Origin: Azolla caroliniana
Lineage: Eukaryota; Plantae; Polypodiophyta
DNA: 64,000 nucleotides
Assembly: GCA_043228905.1 (NCBI GenBank)
Contig: JBHGNT010000021.1
Coordinates: 434,001-498,000 of the forward strand
Direction of reading: 5' to 3'
Part shown: positions 40,656 through 54,697 of the stretch, piece after piece
How the letters are laid out: each line of letters begins with the position of its first letter
Numbering within the stretch: position 1 is the first letter of the stretch
Position numbers and translations under genes: made by a program
Notes under the pieces: model-generated
Database searches by the model: none
Told to the model about the DNA's origin: nothing
The model's input: only the letters and a program-made list of their open reading frames with translations

Positions 40656-41741
40656 CCAAACAAAGAGGAAACTTATCAAACTAACCCTCTAGTTTCCTAT
40701 AATTCCTCTCGTGCCACTTGACTTGAGCAAATTTGTAGAATGTCAAAATAGCACCTTTTTATGATTTCATAAGGCAAATTGTATTTCATCATCACCAAAT
40801 CTTCGTTAAGTTTCAAGCAACACTAATCATCTAGATCACTTATCAAAATGCCACTCTAGTTTACCATGACTCCCCGTTTGCCATGGAAATCAGAGAAAAA
40901 ATTCAACACTCAAAGAAAACCAAATCACTTTAAAGTATATGGTAAAAAATCACCAGCCAAATCAACGAGATCAAATATTTCTGATGGTGAAAAAAGAGAC
41001 ATGCATCATCATAAATGAGACATAAATCAGAGAAACATTGCATCTAAAGGCAACACCAAAACACTTCACAGCATATATCATCAACAAAGATTCAGCATTT
41101 CAAAGTTAGAAGAACTTTTCCAATGAGAAAGATGAGAAATACATTATCAGAAAAGCATATAAGTAAAGTAATCATTTCTCGATATGCAGCAACAGATCAC
41201 ATGGTTTCCAACTATAACAACCATCGTAAGGTGAAATAATAGAAACTATCATCACAGATGAGAAAGAAGGCCGACAAAGATTGTAGAGGAAACCTCGCCA
41301 TTATTCTATTTACGCGGCAAAAAACAGAAACTGCCATGGGGTATTTCACATGAATCCAAGCTTTTGAACATGGAAGAAAAGAAATGCATTATCAAAAATG
41401 AGATGAGAAATCAGAAAATGCTAATCACTTCTAAATAATCCTTAATACTGTGTTGCCCTAGAAAACACTGATTTTCTTTGGAAGGTGAATGAAAAGATAA
41501 ATCCATTACATTCAAATATTCCAAGTAAAAGGAGACGAACATTATCAACAAGAAACTCTAATTTTGCACTGCATCATTTGTGTTTACTTTGAGAACTATA
41601 TCTCCATTTACAAGGTTAAACAAAACAAACATAACTTTACATGGAAACAGGAAGCAACAAAAAAGTCTAAGAAACGTGTGTTGTTGTGTTGAATCATGCC
41701 ATCTCGTGTTGTGGTGTGATGTGAAGTGTTCAAGGTCTTAC

Positions 41742-41873
41742 CTTTAAAATTCTGATTTCCTGATCGTTCAGGCGCCTACCGCGTATAAGGTGTTCAGCAG
41801 ACATAGAGGACAACTCATCAGCAGAATCATCGAGAGATGTCAACCTCGCTGATGCCAAGAGAAGTCATTCCAT
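41742..41873 (-). pseudogene. RPT5: First exon of a 26S proteasome AAA-ATPase RPT5 (subunit 6A)-like gene, apparently disrupted; remaining exons not seen
   Basis: DELSSMSAEHLIRGRRLNDQEIRILK then donor AAG|GTAAG, versus plant RPT5 DQLASMSTEDI.RA.RLLDNEIRILK. The upstream in-frame ATG is followed by GAA TGA. Confidence 0.65.
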
Positions 41874-42889
41874 TTCTCTTCTCCTTCTCCTTCTTCTCTT
41901 TCTCTTCTCTCTTTCTCTTCTGTTTCCTTACCCGGCGACAGTCTTCTTCTCCTCTCTGTCGCTTGCTTCTTCTGTTTTTGCTTCTTCTGTATTCATTCAT
42001 TTCTTCTGTCTACTTCGGAGAAAGAGAGAGAGTATATATTTCTCAAAATACCCCTCTCCACCAACTCGAGAGAAACTAGGGGTATATCATGAATTACCAA
42101 AGTCCGCATTTTCCACTCATTTGTCATTACTCACATTCTTCTCTCCATTATCTTGTTTCACAAGTCTTGAATCATGTCTCTCCTTTGAAAGATGAGGGAC
42201 TCTTGTCGCCCTTTGCTCAGGGTGCCATGTTCTCCCACATGGTCTCAAGGAGCGTCCGTCTCCTACACTTCACTTCTTCAGCTTTCTCCATTGGGTTTTT
42301 CCTTGTAGCGAGCTCGTTTGTCTCCCATACATATCCTTCCTCTTTTTGTGCTTGAGTGGGTTATGGGGCATATGGTACGTGGTACGCGGTATGCAAGGGA
42401 GTTGAGTCCAAATGATGCCCTTACTCTTGTTCCTATGAATGTGAAGGGACACTATCCTTATGAAGTTCCACAAGGAACGATCATAAAGCACCAACCATGC
42501 AGCCGTTCTTTTGGAAATTATCTAAAGACCATCAAATGGTTCACAGTTGATTGGATGTGGCCAATATTGTGAGGTGGGGTGATTTGGACTATGTCGAAGG
42601 TAATTATCAATTAGTAGGATTTTATTTTGTCTTGACTGGAGTTTGTGAGCGTTTAACTAGATGCTTGATTGGATGGTTAACGTTTTGTGTGCATATTGTT
42701 AATTGTTTATTGAAGTTAATTAATGCTCATGTGGTATTTTTCGTAGATTTCAAATTTCGACAACAAGATTTTCCTTAGAAAATGGTTAATTGTTTCGCCT
42801 TGTTTTGCTTGTGTCTTTTCATGTGTCAATGTAATCTTTTCCGGCTTGCACAAAATTTTATTTTATTTTTCCAAAAAAAAAACTCCTTC

Positions 42890-43410
42890 CATTAGTTATA
42901 AAATTTTACAAATGATACGATTATGTACAAATCCCTGAAGGGGCACGATAGTTCCATCTTATGTGGATGGCCACTAACTCAAGAAAGGGAGAGAACGACC
43001 ATTGTTGGATGAAGGCTATTAGTTGTCTTTCAACTCCCTCGGAGCCGCCCTTAAGGCCATCATATTGGCTCTTCAAAGTGGCTACAATTTCACTTCATGT
43101 CTCTTGCAGTAACCTTGTTGGATGTGCGGTTTGGTTGGAGAAGACTCGCCTACATCGTTGTTTCCATAGAATCCAAAGAGTTCTTGGGCTAACCAATTCC
43201 AACACCTCTTGAGATTTGTCATTAAGAGGAGTGGAGTGGACATTGCCATTGGAGGAGAAAAAGACCTCTTGTGCTTTTATCACCAAAGACATCCCCTCCT
43301 CCTGATGCTCGTATTTGCTAATTGCGGCCTGCCATGATAGCCAACATATATTTCCCCACTTGATCGAGCCTTGCACCTGGCACAATTGCAACAAGCGGCC
43401 AACCCCCCGC
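42890..43410 (-). mobile_element. L1-clade LINE ORF2 3' fragment
   Basis: LWILWKQRCRRVF matches the L1 'W.IW..RN..F' motif. Confidence 0.65.
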
Positions 43411-43880
43411 CATATTCAAATATATATTTGGATTCAAATTATTGTAGACATCACTCAAAACACAATCATATCTTAGGTGCTATATCGTTTCCAAATTTGA
43501 TTCATAAAAAAAAACCTGCTATGTTATATAGTGAGTGAAATTTTTTTCGCGTTTCATTTAGAAATGAATAGAATGACAAATTCTATTGTTACATAATTAA
43601 ATATATTGTTCTCCCCATTGGGATGAATAGTTTGGCACAATTTATCACAAATAAAAAAAGTGGATGAGGATGTGTTTTTACATCTCCCAATTCTCCACCA
43701 TTCATATGCCATTGAAGTATCTCAACAATTGATGTCCAAGGGATTTTCATCCTCAACTCTATGTGTATGCATCGCTTTTCATTCTTCTTTTTGTCCCCCT
43801 CGTGGAATTTCAAGAGATGTGAGAATCAAGATGATAGAAGGTGGTTGATTGCCACGTGTCAAGAACTACATGTGATATGC

Positions 43881-44713
43881 TCAATAATCTTGGCATCGAC
43901 AATATAGAGCAGAATATGGACACATTTGCTTATGGTAGATGTTTGAGACTCCTGGACCAACAAGAGGGCCACCTAATTACACACATGATTAAGGTATTAG
44001 GGATAAAATAAGTAACATCTCTCTCTAATCAATATTAATATATATAACGCAAATATTTTGTATTCATAAAATTTAACAATATAACTAGTATAAAAAATAT
44101 AAAAAACATGGCTTTGTTTTTTAAATGAAACCATGAACCTAATCATTGTGTTTAGATTGCTTGATATTTGCATTCACATCAATTTTATGATGTTTAAGTA
44201 TCAAAAACGTGTTAAGTATCATTCTTCTCAATTTAAGCATGCTCAAATGATATGTTACAATATTTTGATTATTTCCAAATGATGTTCTCGATGTGTTGTT
44301 TTCAATAGATTAACCTTGTAAATATTCAATACGAGTCATATAAATATTCTCACTAGATTACCTGAGATATAGCTAACAGGTAGATGTTGTAAAGTTATAT
44401 GTATAGTAGTTGTAGGAGGTGGTATTGGGGAGATTGGTGATTGGGTCAATGGTTCCTCAACATCCTCATCTAAGCATCTTCCATGTCGTTTGTCAAACCA
44501 TTCTTTGACGTCATATATGTGAGATCCATTGGCTATGTTTCCTCCACCACAACGTCGACCTACGACCTTCACAATAATACCCATAATAGTGATTGCACCT
44601 AACATGATAACAAACTCGACGATGGCACGACTTGGGTCAGGGCGGAACCAAGGAGAGCCAGGTTGTTGGTGTTGTCTAGCATTGTATATGAGATTTGCAT
44701 GATTTGTTGACAT
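43881..44713 (-). CDS. Diverged paralog of the TM protein at 147..941; exons 44713..44362 and 43972..43881 (about 147 aa)
   Basis: MSTN...YNA...PDP..AI, TM helix, YDVKEWFDKRHGRCLDEDVEEP. Same phase-1 donor CAG|GTAAT after SY.. and exon 2 also begins GGP. Confidence 0.7.
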
Positions 44714-47218
44714 CCTCACTCAGATTTCTAGCTTTTATAACTTTGTCACTCTATGCATGGATATATTATTATTACACGGTGGATATGATCTTGTCACGAC
44801 AATTTACGCAAGAATATGAGAGATGTTGAGGTTTATTAGTCTCTTAAGTCTTATTCCTAGGTGGTTATTGCTACGACAACTTGAGAGTATGTTTCCTACA
44901 ACATAAGAGTATGGTTCTTGTTGCAAACTATTCCAAGTATAATGTTTCTTGATCCACAACTCGATATCATTTTATAGCGTTTCATAGTCAAACGTTTATT
45001 AGGCATTGATTGCGGACGCGTGTCTAGACATTTAATCATGTATTGGGTTTAATTGCACGTTTTCTTTTGTTTGACATATGACCAACTTCATGTAATTTGG
45101 ATTTGGAAATTCCTTGCATGTCTCACTTAATGATGCTCGACCAAGCTATGATTTAATTGAGATTTCTATGGGTAATGCGTACTTCAAGAATTGAATTCAT
45201 GTTAATACGGTATGCCGTACAATCATCATCTCATAACCAAGAAATCAAACATAGAATTGAAGAGACAAATGAATTGATCGTGGGTTTTTTATTTCCACAA
45301 ACAAACAATAATTACATCAAACAAGTTATTGGAATTTCAATGCTTGCTCTAACCATTCTCTTGGACTCTTTAATATTTATGTAAGTTCCAATGATGATGT
45401 TTGTATTTCCATTTAAATAAATATGAATTGTGAGTTTAATTTTACTACAGGGATCTAGGTTGCCTTACGTTTCATCTAGATTTACATACTATTTGAGTTT
45501 TATTGGGCAATTTACGGTGTGTTTGCATTAATGGGTTCCATCTCTTACAATGATTTATGACAACGCTCGTTGGCTTATGTTTAATGCTTCATAATGTGCT
45601 CACTACAAAACTTCAAACACATGCAACCTGTTAAACCGAGAAAATAGTGATTGACGATGAAAATAGTGTTAGCATGTCAGAATTCCTCCATAATGACTTT
45701 AATATTAGAGGCTAGCATTTAATTATTCATAACTTACAAACACACTATGTTTGTTTATTTGATGGTTACCAGTCTTAAATTGTATTATTTGAGTAAATAG
45801 TGGATTTTTTAAATTTTGCATTAATCACATTCATTACATCCAAAAATGATTCCACTAGAAGGAATCTCTATTAAGACAACGAAAAATGTTTCTCATTCAA
45901 TTATGCTCCAATGATTATTTATGCTGATATTTAAAAAATAAATCATGTGTTTCCTCCAATGATTATTTATGCTGATATTTATAAAAAAAAATCATGTGTT
46001 TCCCTTTAATCTATTCTAGTGTATTGTGCAATCTATTTTAATACTTTGGATGCAAGTTAATCGAATTAATCTCATATCTTTTGCTACATCCTATATAATG
46101 ACTTGTGACAAATGTTGCTTGACTTATGCTATTCAAATGTGATTGGAGTAAAATTATGTTAATTTGGCATTGGTATTCATTACATCCATCCCAAACATAA
46201 ATGTGCTAAATTCCAAACCATGGTGTTTTGACAATCAAACTTGAGAGTGCCTAAAGCTAGGGTAATCATCCCAATTGTCAAAACACCCCATCGTATTCAT
46301 AAAAACAACTATTATACCGAATATCACGTAGATAGTTCTAATTATGGTATTTCAAATTCCATCTAATTATTTAGGAGTTTAATTATTTTTGTTTGGCTCA
46401 TGTTTAGTCTATAATTTAAGCTCCAATGGAAACTTTAATCCATGCTAATCATTAAACTCATCCCATATTCGTTGCATTTGTTGGGAATGTTGGTGTACTA
46501 GCAATAATAAGATAAACTAAAACCAATAAATCAGATATAAACTACAAATGTTACAAAAAATCAATGTGGGATTTGAGAGAATCAAACTCACAAACATCTC
46601 ATACTTGAAGGGACTCAATCACCTTCGAGGTCGACGTATACATTTTGTTTGATACACATTTTCTGATATTAAGAATGATCAATTTATTGTTCCTTTTCGC
46701 ATAGTTTCTTTGGGGATATTGTAGTTCATGGTCGGGTATTAGCATGGAGTTGATGATATGGCCGTAGCACTAGTGACAAGTTTTAATGGATAATGGTAGG
46801 CTAAGTGAGAAACTAATTGTCCTGAGACTTGAGACAACACATATAGTTTTGGAGTTCAAGTACATAGAGGGGATTAGCCATCCCCTTTGACATGACATCG
46901 TAAAGACAATGTAATGCTTTGTTGGTGAGGCCAAGCTCTCTTATTTCAGATGCATAATATAATTAGCTCAAGAGGTATAATACATAGAAATATTTTGTGA
47001 TATAGGATGCCGATGGGGTTTTCTATTTGTCTTGATGTCGCTAGGAGGCTGGTTTGATGAGATATCAAGTTCAACCAAACTCACTATGTGTAACACATTT
47101 CATTGGAGAGTGTATGTTAAAGTCCAATCTTGTCATAAGTGTTTTTTTTGTAACTCTTTATATGCTAGGAGGAAATGTCAAGACTTTGTGAGACCACACA
47201 AAAGAAAAACTAAAGTAT

Positions 47219-47488
47219 TGTGATGTCCTTAAGTTGTCCCAATTGGGGCACAATCCTAATTAGAGTTGGGACTCACCACGGGGCCCAATCTCAGTCCCAA
47301 AGAAGGCACCACCTTAGGTTGGGACAACCCAATCCCGACTGGGAGTTCGAAGGGGACCTCCCAATGGCCATATTTGGCCTGTATAAGGAGGATTACTCCT
47401 CATTTGTAACAATTCTGACATTCCCATTTTGAGAGATTCACTCTCTCCTATTCTCTTGTTCTCATATTGGTTCCAATGAGCTTGTAAC

Positions 47489-47558
<70 letters not shown>

Positions 47559-47741
47559 TTTTGGTGGTTTTGGGGAGTTGTCCCAACTCAATCTCCACTT
47601 GTGCCAATTCCGAGTGGTTGATCGTGGTTTGTCCCAATTTGGGACGGTTGTAAGCTTTTGTATTCATAATGAAATATAACTATGATTTATGTCCTAATTG
47701 GTGTCTCAACTGTGTTTTCTTGTGGTTTTGAGACCATCATA
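47219..47741 (+). mobile_element. Possible solo LTR containing (CT)n at 47492..47555
   Basis: Starts TGTGATG and ends CATCATA (near inverted), with a TATA-like TGTATAAG. No TSD found. Confidence 0.35.
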
Positions 47742-49214
47742 ATCTAGGGGCATACCATGTACAAAGTTGTGCACAAAAGCATTGAATGTCGACGTTAGTA
47801 CTAAACTAAGTGCACGATTAGGAGAAAAGAAGAAAAACAAAACTATCTCAATTGTTTTAGGCCAAATGACCTTACCTCAATGTGAAACGGAACAACCTTT
47901 TTGTGAGAGAGTTATGAAACTAACTTTTGTGACGTGTTTGCTCTTTCTTCTTCATTTTTGGCCTAAATTTCTCTTAGATAGAATCCAGGCTTGTTGAGTA
48001 CACTCTTGTCCAAATCCACCTTTATACTTGTTTGCTAGTACGCTACTTCATTCACATCAAACATGATCACTTTCTCTATTGTAATGCATGCTTAGCACAA
48101 AGTCATAATGTGCCTTCATGTTAATGCATGTAGGATGATTCTCCATCAAGGCCAACGTGAATCATTGGGCTTGATTACCACATATAGATATCTAGGGTTT
48201 CCATATTCACATCTAAACCCACATGTAATGCGCTTCATTGACCCAATGGACAACATGGTTTTTGTTTACGAGCCCTATTCTATACAATATTATCACATGT
48301 CTTGACCTTGTAGGGCTCGCTTTTTTGCATGTTTGAGGACAAAAAGCTAAACCTCAACCTCATGTGTGTTTGAGCATGTATGCCACACATAATTGATGTG
48401 TTTTACTCTACATGAAGCTTTCTCTTTAAAACTACCCTCAAAGTATCACATATTTGACATGATATCCATTGAATTTCATTCAATGAAGAATAGGGTACTA
48501 CTACGAGGGACATTTTAATGCAAACTTCATCTTGATTGTCCTAAAGTCTAGATATCTCCATACATAACCATTTCACCCTCCTTTGTTGCTTCAATCATTT
48601 GTGAGTTGTTATTGTTATGACATGTAAGTTGAGCACGCATCAAGGCATCATCTAAGTATATATGTAGTGAGTGTGCTTCTTAAGAGTTTCTTCGACATGA
48701 TGTCTTGGAAGCAAATAATAAAGGTTATGCATCCGAAGTCATCCTTATCTATGCTCCATGCAAGTTTGTTCCAGAGGTTTGGCTTCATCTTGTGGATTCA
48801 TGTACATACACAAACGTTAATTCTAATATAGGTTGATCAATTTATCTCCACTTCACTAACTTTTTTAGACTAGAACTTAGATGTACAAGTTTCGTTAGTT
48901 ATAAATTCAGTATATTACTTCATCAGGAACTAAAATCTTTCTTCTTCTTCTTCTTCTTCTTCTTTTCCTTTTGTTAGAATTGTTAAAACAAAAGAAGCAA
49001 AAACAGGTATGCTAAGCATGATGCTTTCTGTACAAATTTTCTGAATAATGCGGAAGAGAAGCTGTGGGAAATCGAATCTGAGACCCTTCCGCCGCCCCCA
49101 AATGGATCATCATGAAGAGGTTGATAAAAGCAGCGCAGAGTTCAGCGATGATATGGATCGATTCCACTCTGCACCTCCTGCTAGATTTGGGGCCCCTTCC
49201 CAATGTTGTCCTCA

Positions 49215-50009
49215 TCAATTCCCACAGGTACAACAATTGGGGCATGGACAAGGGCCGGAGGAGCATAAGAGTGGGTATGGGTACAACGTTGTTGGGTAGT
49301 AGAGACCAGTAGGAATATACGTTGGTCCACCTATATAACATCCATTATAGTTGATACATACTCATATTTGTCAAATCTACTACCTCCATGGATTTTTTGA
49401 TTGTTTAACAAGAAAATGTCAAGCAAAACATACACAAGTTATTGATTTGTGAGCACATGCGCGTGCATTACCTGGATAGCTAGGAGATATATGATGTAGA
49501 GGTAGAGGATGATGAGGGTGATGATATAAATGAGGGGGGTGAGGATGAGGTGATGAGATTTGAACGTGTGCGGTTGTGCTCCTTGCTTGCGCCGAAGTAG
49601 GTTCTGTCAATCGTGTTGGTGGTGTTGATTGTGTCGCAACCGATGGTATTGGTGTCATTGACACTTGCGCCGGAGTAGACTCTGTTTGAGGTGGAGGCAC
49701 AGGGGGAGGAGGTGGCATTTTCTCAGGAGGCAATGGTGCAAGAGGCATCACTGCTTGTGGTGGCACCTCTACATCTCCATCTAGACACCCTCCACAACAC
49801 CTATCCACCACTCCTTTGGACCCGTAGGGAGAACCATCACCCACATGTCTACTAATGCATGCTCGTCTTATGGCCTTTGCAATGATAAGGAGGATAATTA
49901 TCGTCGTGACGACAATGATGACTCCCATTATGGCTAGTCCTGGGTCTGGGTGATGCCCCTCATGTTGTTGGGTTGCATTGTAGGAGAAATCCACATTGGT
50001 TGTAGACAT
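49215..50009 (-). CDS. Copy 2 of the TM Pro/His/Cys-rich protein; exons 50009..49472 and 49330..49215
   Basis: Identical to 147..941 except N16H. Confidence 0.75.
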
Positions 50010-53000
50010 AATGTTGCTTAATTTTTACAATCTTACTGTATAATATTCCTAGGGGAGTGGTTATTGTAAATACAATTAGAAGAAGCAAAAAGAGAAGGGT
50101 ATATATTCCCCGTCCTATTGTGTTATACCCATTTTATAATATCTCTCCTTGGTCAAAAACTTATGTTGCTTACTTTTCCTCGGTTTCTATTGAAATGTTA
50201 AATAAAGTAGGCAATCCTTGTTTATTACATTGTAGTCCTTTTTCCTACGGAAGTGGTTACTATCAATGCAACTAGAGAGAAGGAAAAATGGAAGGGCATA
50301 TGTTCCCCATTCTATTGTGGTATGTCCATTTAGTAAAAAATCTTTCCCTAGTCAAAATCAACATTCCAATTGGAATGTTAAAGAAAGGAGGCGATTGTTT
50401 TTTATTACTTTGCATTCCTTTTTCCTCCCAATTGAACAATATGGGACGCATGTTTTCCTTATTGGAGTATGTAAGTATGGTGCTTAGTCCATCCTAATAT
50501 CATCAACATGTATCATTTGTTTTTTTAACACATAATCTTGTTGTTCATATAAATAAACCATCCTTTGTCAATCTTGCTTATGCAGTTCCTTGGGTCATTA
50601 CTTTATATATATGCATGTATATTTGGACATCATCATTAAATCAACAAGATGCCAAGAGAACCAATGTCTTTTGGTTGTAATCGTAATGAGTACACGATCC
50701 CATTCCATTGAGCCATGCCCACATGGTTATATCTCATTGCAACAATTTTGTTTCTTGACATAAATTTTACCCTCTCTCCACATTTGATTGGTGATGACCA
50801 CCCTCTTTGCCAATAGACACATTTAATCTCTTACCACTACTCATTTGTAATGGAACAATTGCCTATTTTTATTACACATTCAATAGGGTTTATTTTTTTG
50901 GGCACTATTCTTTGTGAACCAAATTTATATTTTCCCTTTCATTTGAATGACATTTCTATATCCTTCCACGATGCTAAATTTCAATAACATACCCAAGAGT
51001 TTTCATCATTAAGCACAAGCATGACACATCCTGTGTTATTCCATTTACACAAATTTGTTGACTTCACTTTGTTTATGGATAATGTTTATTATTTAAATTT
51101 ACACACGTCATTTGTGAAGCCACAACCACTTGTTTATTTTTTTCTTCCCGCAACAATACATCCACCAAACACGACTCTACATTTTCCTGTTACAATGTGC
51201 TTTCACAAGGGATGATTATATCAATTTCTTGTCGCACAAACAAAAAACGTTGTTTATGTGAACTATAGTTTAACATATTGCAAAGAAGGAACATTGGTCG
51301 TTTTAATGTTCTTAGAGTTTAATGCTTGAGATGTGGGTTAGACTAAATGAACATGATTTCTCACCTCTCTAGAGTAAAGAAGCTTCTCTCCACATACATA
51401 GTTCTAATTTAATTTTATGTTATTTAATTATAGCAAACTAAGCATTCATATATGTATACATACATTAACAAGATTGTAATGGACTTCTCTCAACGTGAAA
51501 CATATGTGTTAATGATTTATCACACCCCAATAACATATTGGTTTGTGAAATATACTAGATAGAATTTGTATGAATCCTATAGATCTCATTGTTATTGACC
51601 GTCTTTTCCATACAAATCTTATCCATAAGTGTTGTCACATCAAATTGTTCAAATAGTTGAAATGCCAAAGTTGGCCTTGATTGATTGCAAGGTGTTTTCC
51701 AATTACAATTCAAGTTCATATGTAAATGTTTTCAACAAAGTCATTGTTATCAATTCCATAAAAACAACAATAGAATGACCAAATATGAAACTAAACAATG
51801 AAGTAAATCAAACAATAACGATATGAAAATCAAACTCCCAAACCAAGAATAACACAACTATACGAACACTCTTTGGCATTATATTGCATTATGAAATTTG
51901 TCCTAAAATATTGCCATCGTTGATTCTAATGACAACATTGTTGAACCCAAATAACATGTTGACTAAATATTGAAATACCATGTTGTGTGTGTTAATATCT
52001 TGTCATGTTGTATCCTAATATTTCATTTGCATATGATTAAGTAGATCGTTCATAAATATTGAATGTGTCAAGATTCCTTTCCAATTAAGTAATGATATTT
52101 CATTTACACCATTTGGTATCTTTCCAATTAAGTAATCATATTTCATCTACAACCTTTGGTATCTTTCCAATTAAGTAATGATATTTCATTTACAACCTTA
52201 GATACCTTTCCAATTAAATATCCAATTAAGTGTTGGGATGATATTTCATTTACAACCTTTGGTATCTTTCCAATTAAGTAATGATATTTCATTTACAACC
52301 ATTGGGTAGAACGTTGCTCTAGTTATTCTTACAATCCTCTTATATGTACCATGGCTAACTTTAACCTTCAGGTAGGCTTACTATACTTGTCATGAAGTTG
52401 TTCCTACAAATTCGGGGGATTGAATCATAAGTGACGATAGGTTATTATCCAAAAACTCAAACTCACAAAACATGCCATCTTGAGAAGGTTTGATAACAAT
52501 ATCATATTTGGAATGATTATTGTTGTTGAGATATCAAGGCCATACCACACACCCTTTGGGGCACATGTACTAGACTCCACAGTAAAAATAAAATGGATGG
52601 GAAATGACTCAACTTGAATGAATTCACACATTAGCTTCATCAATGGGTTATCAATTTGAGCTACTCTAGTGGTAGCACTAAAAGGTTTAGACATGGCTTT
52701 TGGTGATTGAGGGCTCGTGTGACAAGCATATTGTTGTAAGGATGGTGGGAACTCATTGAACTAGTAAAAGTTTCAAATGGCTTCTCAACCATCCATTTCC
52801 ATGTGGACTTGAATGAATTCACACATTAGCTTCATCAATGGGTTATCAATTGGAGCTACTGTAGTGGTAGCACCAAAACGTTTAATGGCTTTGGTGTCTA
52901 AACTTTTCGGTGATTGAGGGCTTGGTGGGAACTCATTGAACTAGTAAAAGTTTCAAATGGCTTCTCAACCATCCATTTCGTATGCCCACGTGGCAATGTG

Positions 53001-54697
53001 GTGTTGAACCTCTAACATCTATTACTTACATGACAAGGAAATTAGCTTCCATTTTGTTGATACCATCAAGTGTCACACTGCTTCCATGATAAGGAATTTA
53101 TCTTCCTTTTCTTTGTTGTCCTTGGGTGTCCCGTTCATGTTGAGCAAGTGCAATTGGCTAGATTTTGTTACCCATTGCCATAAGACTTTTGGCAATCATC
53201 AACAATGTCAACATTCATTGCATCACCTTGCTACCATCATTTTGCTTTGGCCATTGGTACGAACCAATTCAAGGGATTTTTGAAGGCCTCTTGTTGGGTT
53301 GATAAAACGCTCAAATTGTTGTTGAAGTGCAATCAATGCCTCAAAAGTTGCCATTAACACCAATTCTTGATCGTAAAGCCACTCCTTTGTATGTTTTTCA
53401 TCCATTAACCGTAGAGGTCCCTCGTAACTATCAATGAAGGAGGTAGGATGTTAAAGAAAAACTAATGATCAAGCAAAAATTATATATTTAAGGAAATAAA
53501 TAGATTAAGGGCACATTACCTCCAAATCACCCCCCAATCCAAGGAATTACAATGGATCATAAACACCATCGTTATTCTATACCATCGAATATCACCTAAG
53601 ATCATACCTTATGTGTAAATCCACAAAACATTATCATTAACAAGAGCCTCACCATACCACTGGTGTCTGAACAAGGTTTTGATAGAGGTATTCCTCTTCC
53701 CTCGTGACATTAGCTACTTCTTAGTTTATATTTGCACCCTAGGTTTGCATGCCATTGCATATACTTGACATGTGTCCAAATCTTATGTGATTTACCTGAA
53801 TCTTAATATACCCATAAAACCATTAATATTTTGGATCTTATATAAATATTACAATTCTTCACGTAAGGGCCTTCAAAACCTAATTTTTAACAACGTTAAC
53901 CCCTCCTACAACTCTCTTGAATTTGTCCTTTGCCTATTGTAGTTGATGGTGAATGAATTTTTTCTCCACTAGTTGGAATTTGTCCTTTGCCTATTGTAGT
54001 TGCTGGGGAAAAGCAACGAGTTGTTTCTCCACTAGTTAGGGTCATTGTTTTAGATATGAGTGATTGTATATTTACAACTATTTGGTTTGATCACTTACCA
54101 TGGTTACAAGTTACAACAATGATATAGTTCATTATTTTCCCATCCAACATTACCTTTACAAGCCAAGGCACTTAGAGGCATCTTGAAGCTTATATTCCTT
54201 TGTAGCCACCTTGACGCTTAGCTCCTTCACGAGTCTAGTGATTTGGAGTAACTTTTCATTTAATTACCATTGTAAGAGAAACTAATACAATTGATAATTG
54301 TGTTTTTTCTTCACTTCATTAACCACATGTGCCCAACCATATTTAAGTCCCTTATAGTTTTGTTTGAGCTTTGTTGTTGTTGGTTCACATGTTTTTTTTA
54401 TCCATATTTATCAACCCCATGTGACAGACAATTAATGACTAAGTGTTGAGAATCGAGATATCAAGCTCAATTATGATTGTTTAGTTAACCCATTGTTAAG
54501 ATCCTTGTAGTTGTAAATATTTTGTAGTTGCCTTCATGTAGGTCAACTCCATAAGTGTTCGATGAAATAAGATGTTGTGCTTTGAATCAATGTTAGATAT
54601 TTTCTAGACATCCTATTTTCTCACTCATTCATTGTAGAATCTTGTTACCATTGCATGTCCACTCACACGTGGTTCTTTTGAAATCGATGTTTAATAG

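Noticed and set aside
43881-43883. TGA aligned to Cys as selenocysteine or readthrough
   Set aside because: Land plants lack the Sec machinery and neighbouring Cys codons also changed; a nonsense mutation is simpler.
47314-47667. ORFs with ER, VL or KN dipeptide runs (also 5743..6000 and 19146..19511)
   Set aside because: They are translations of microsatellites or minisatellites.
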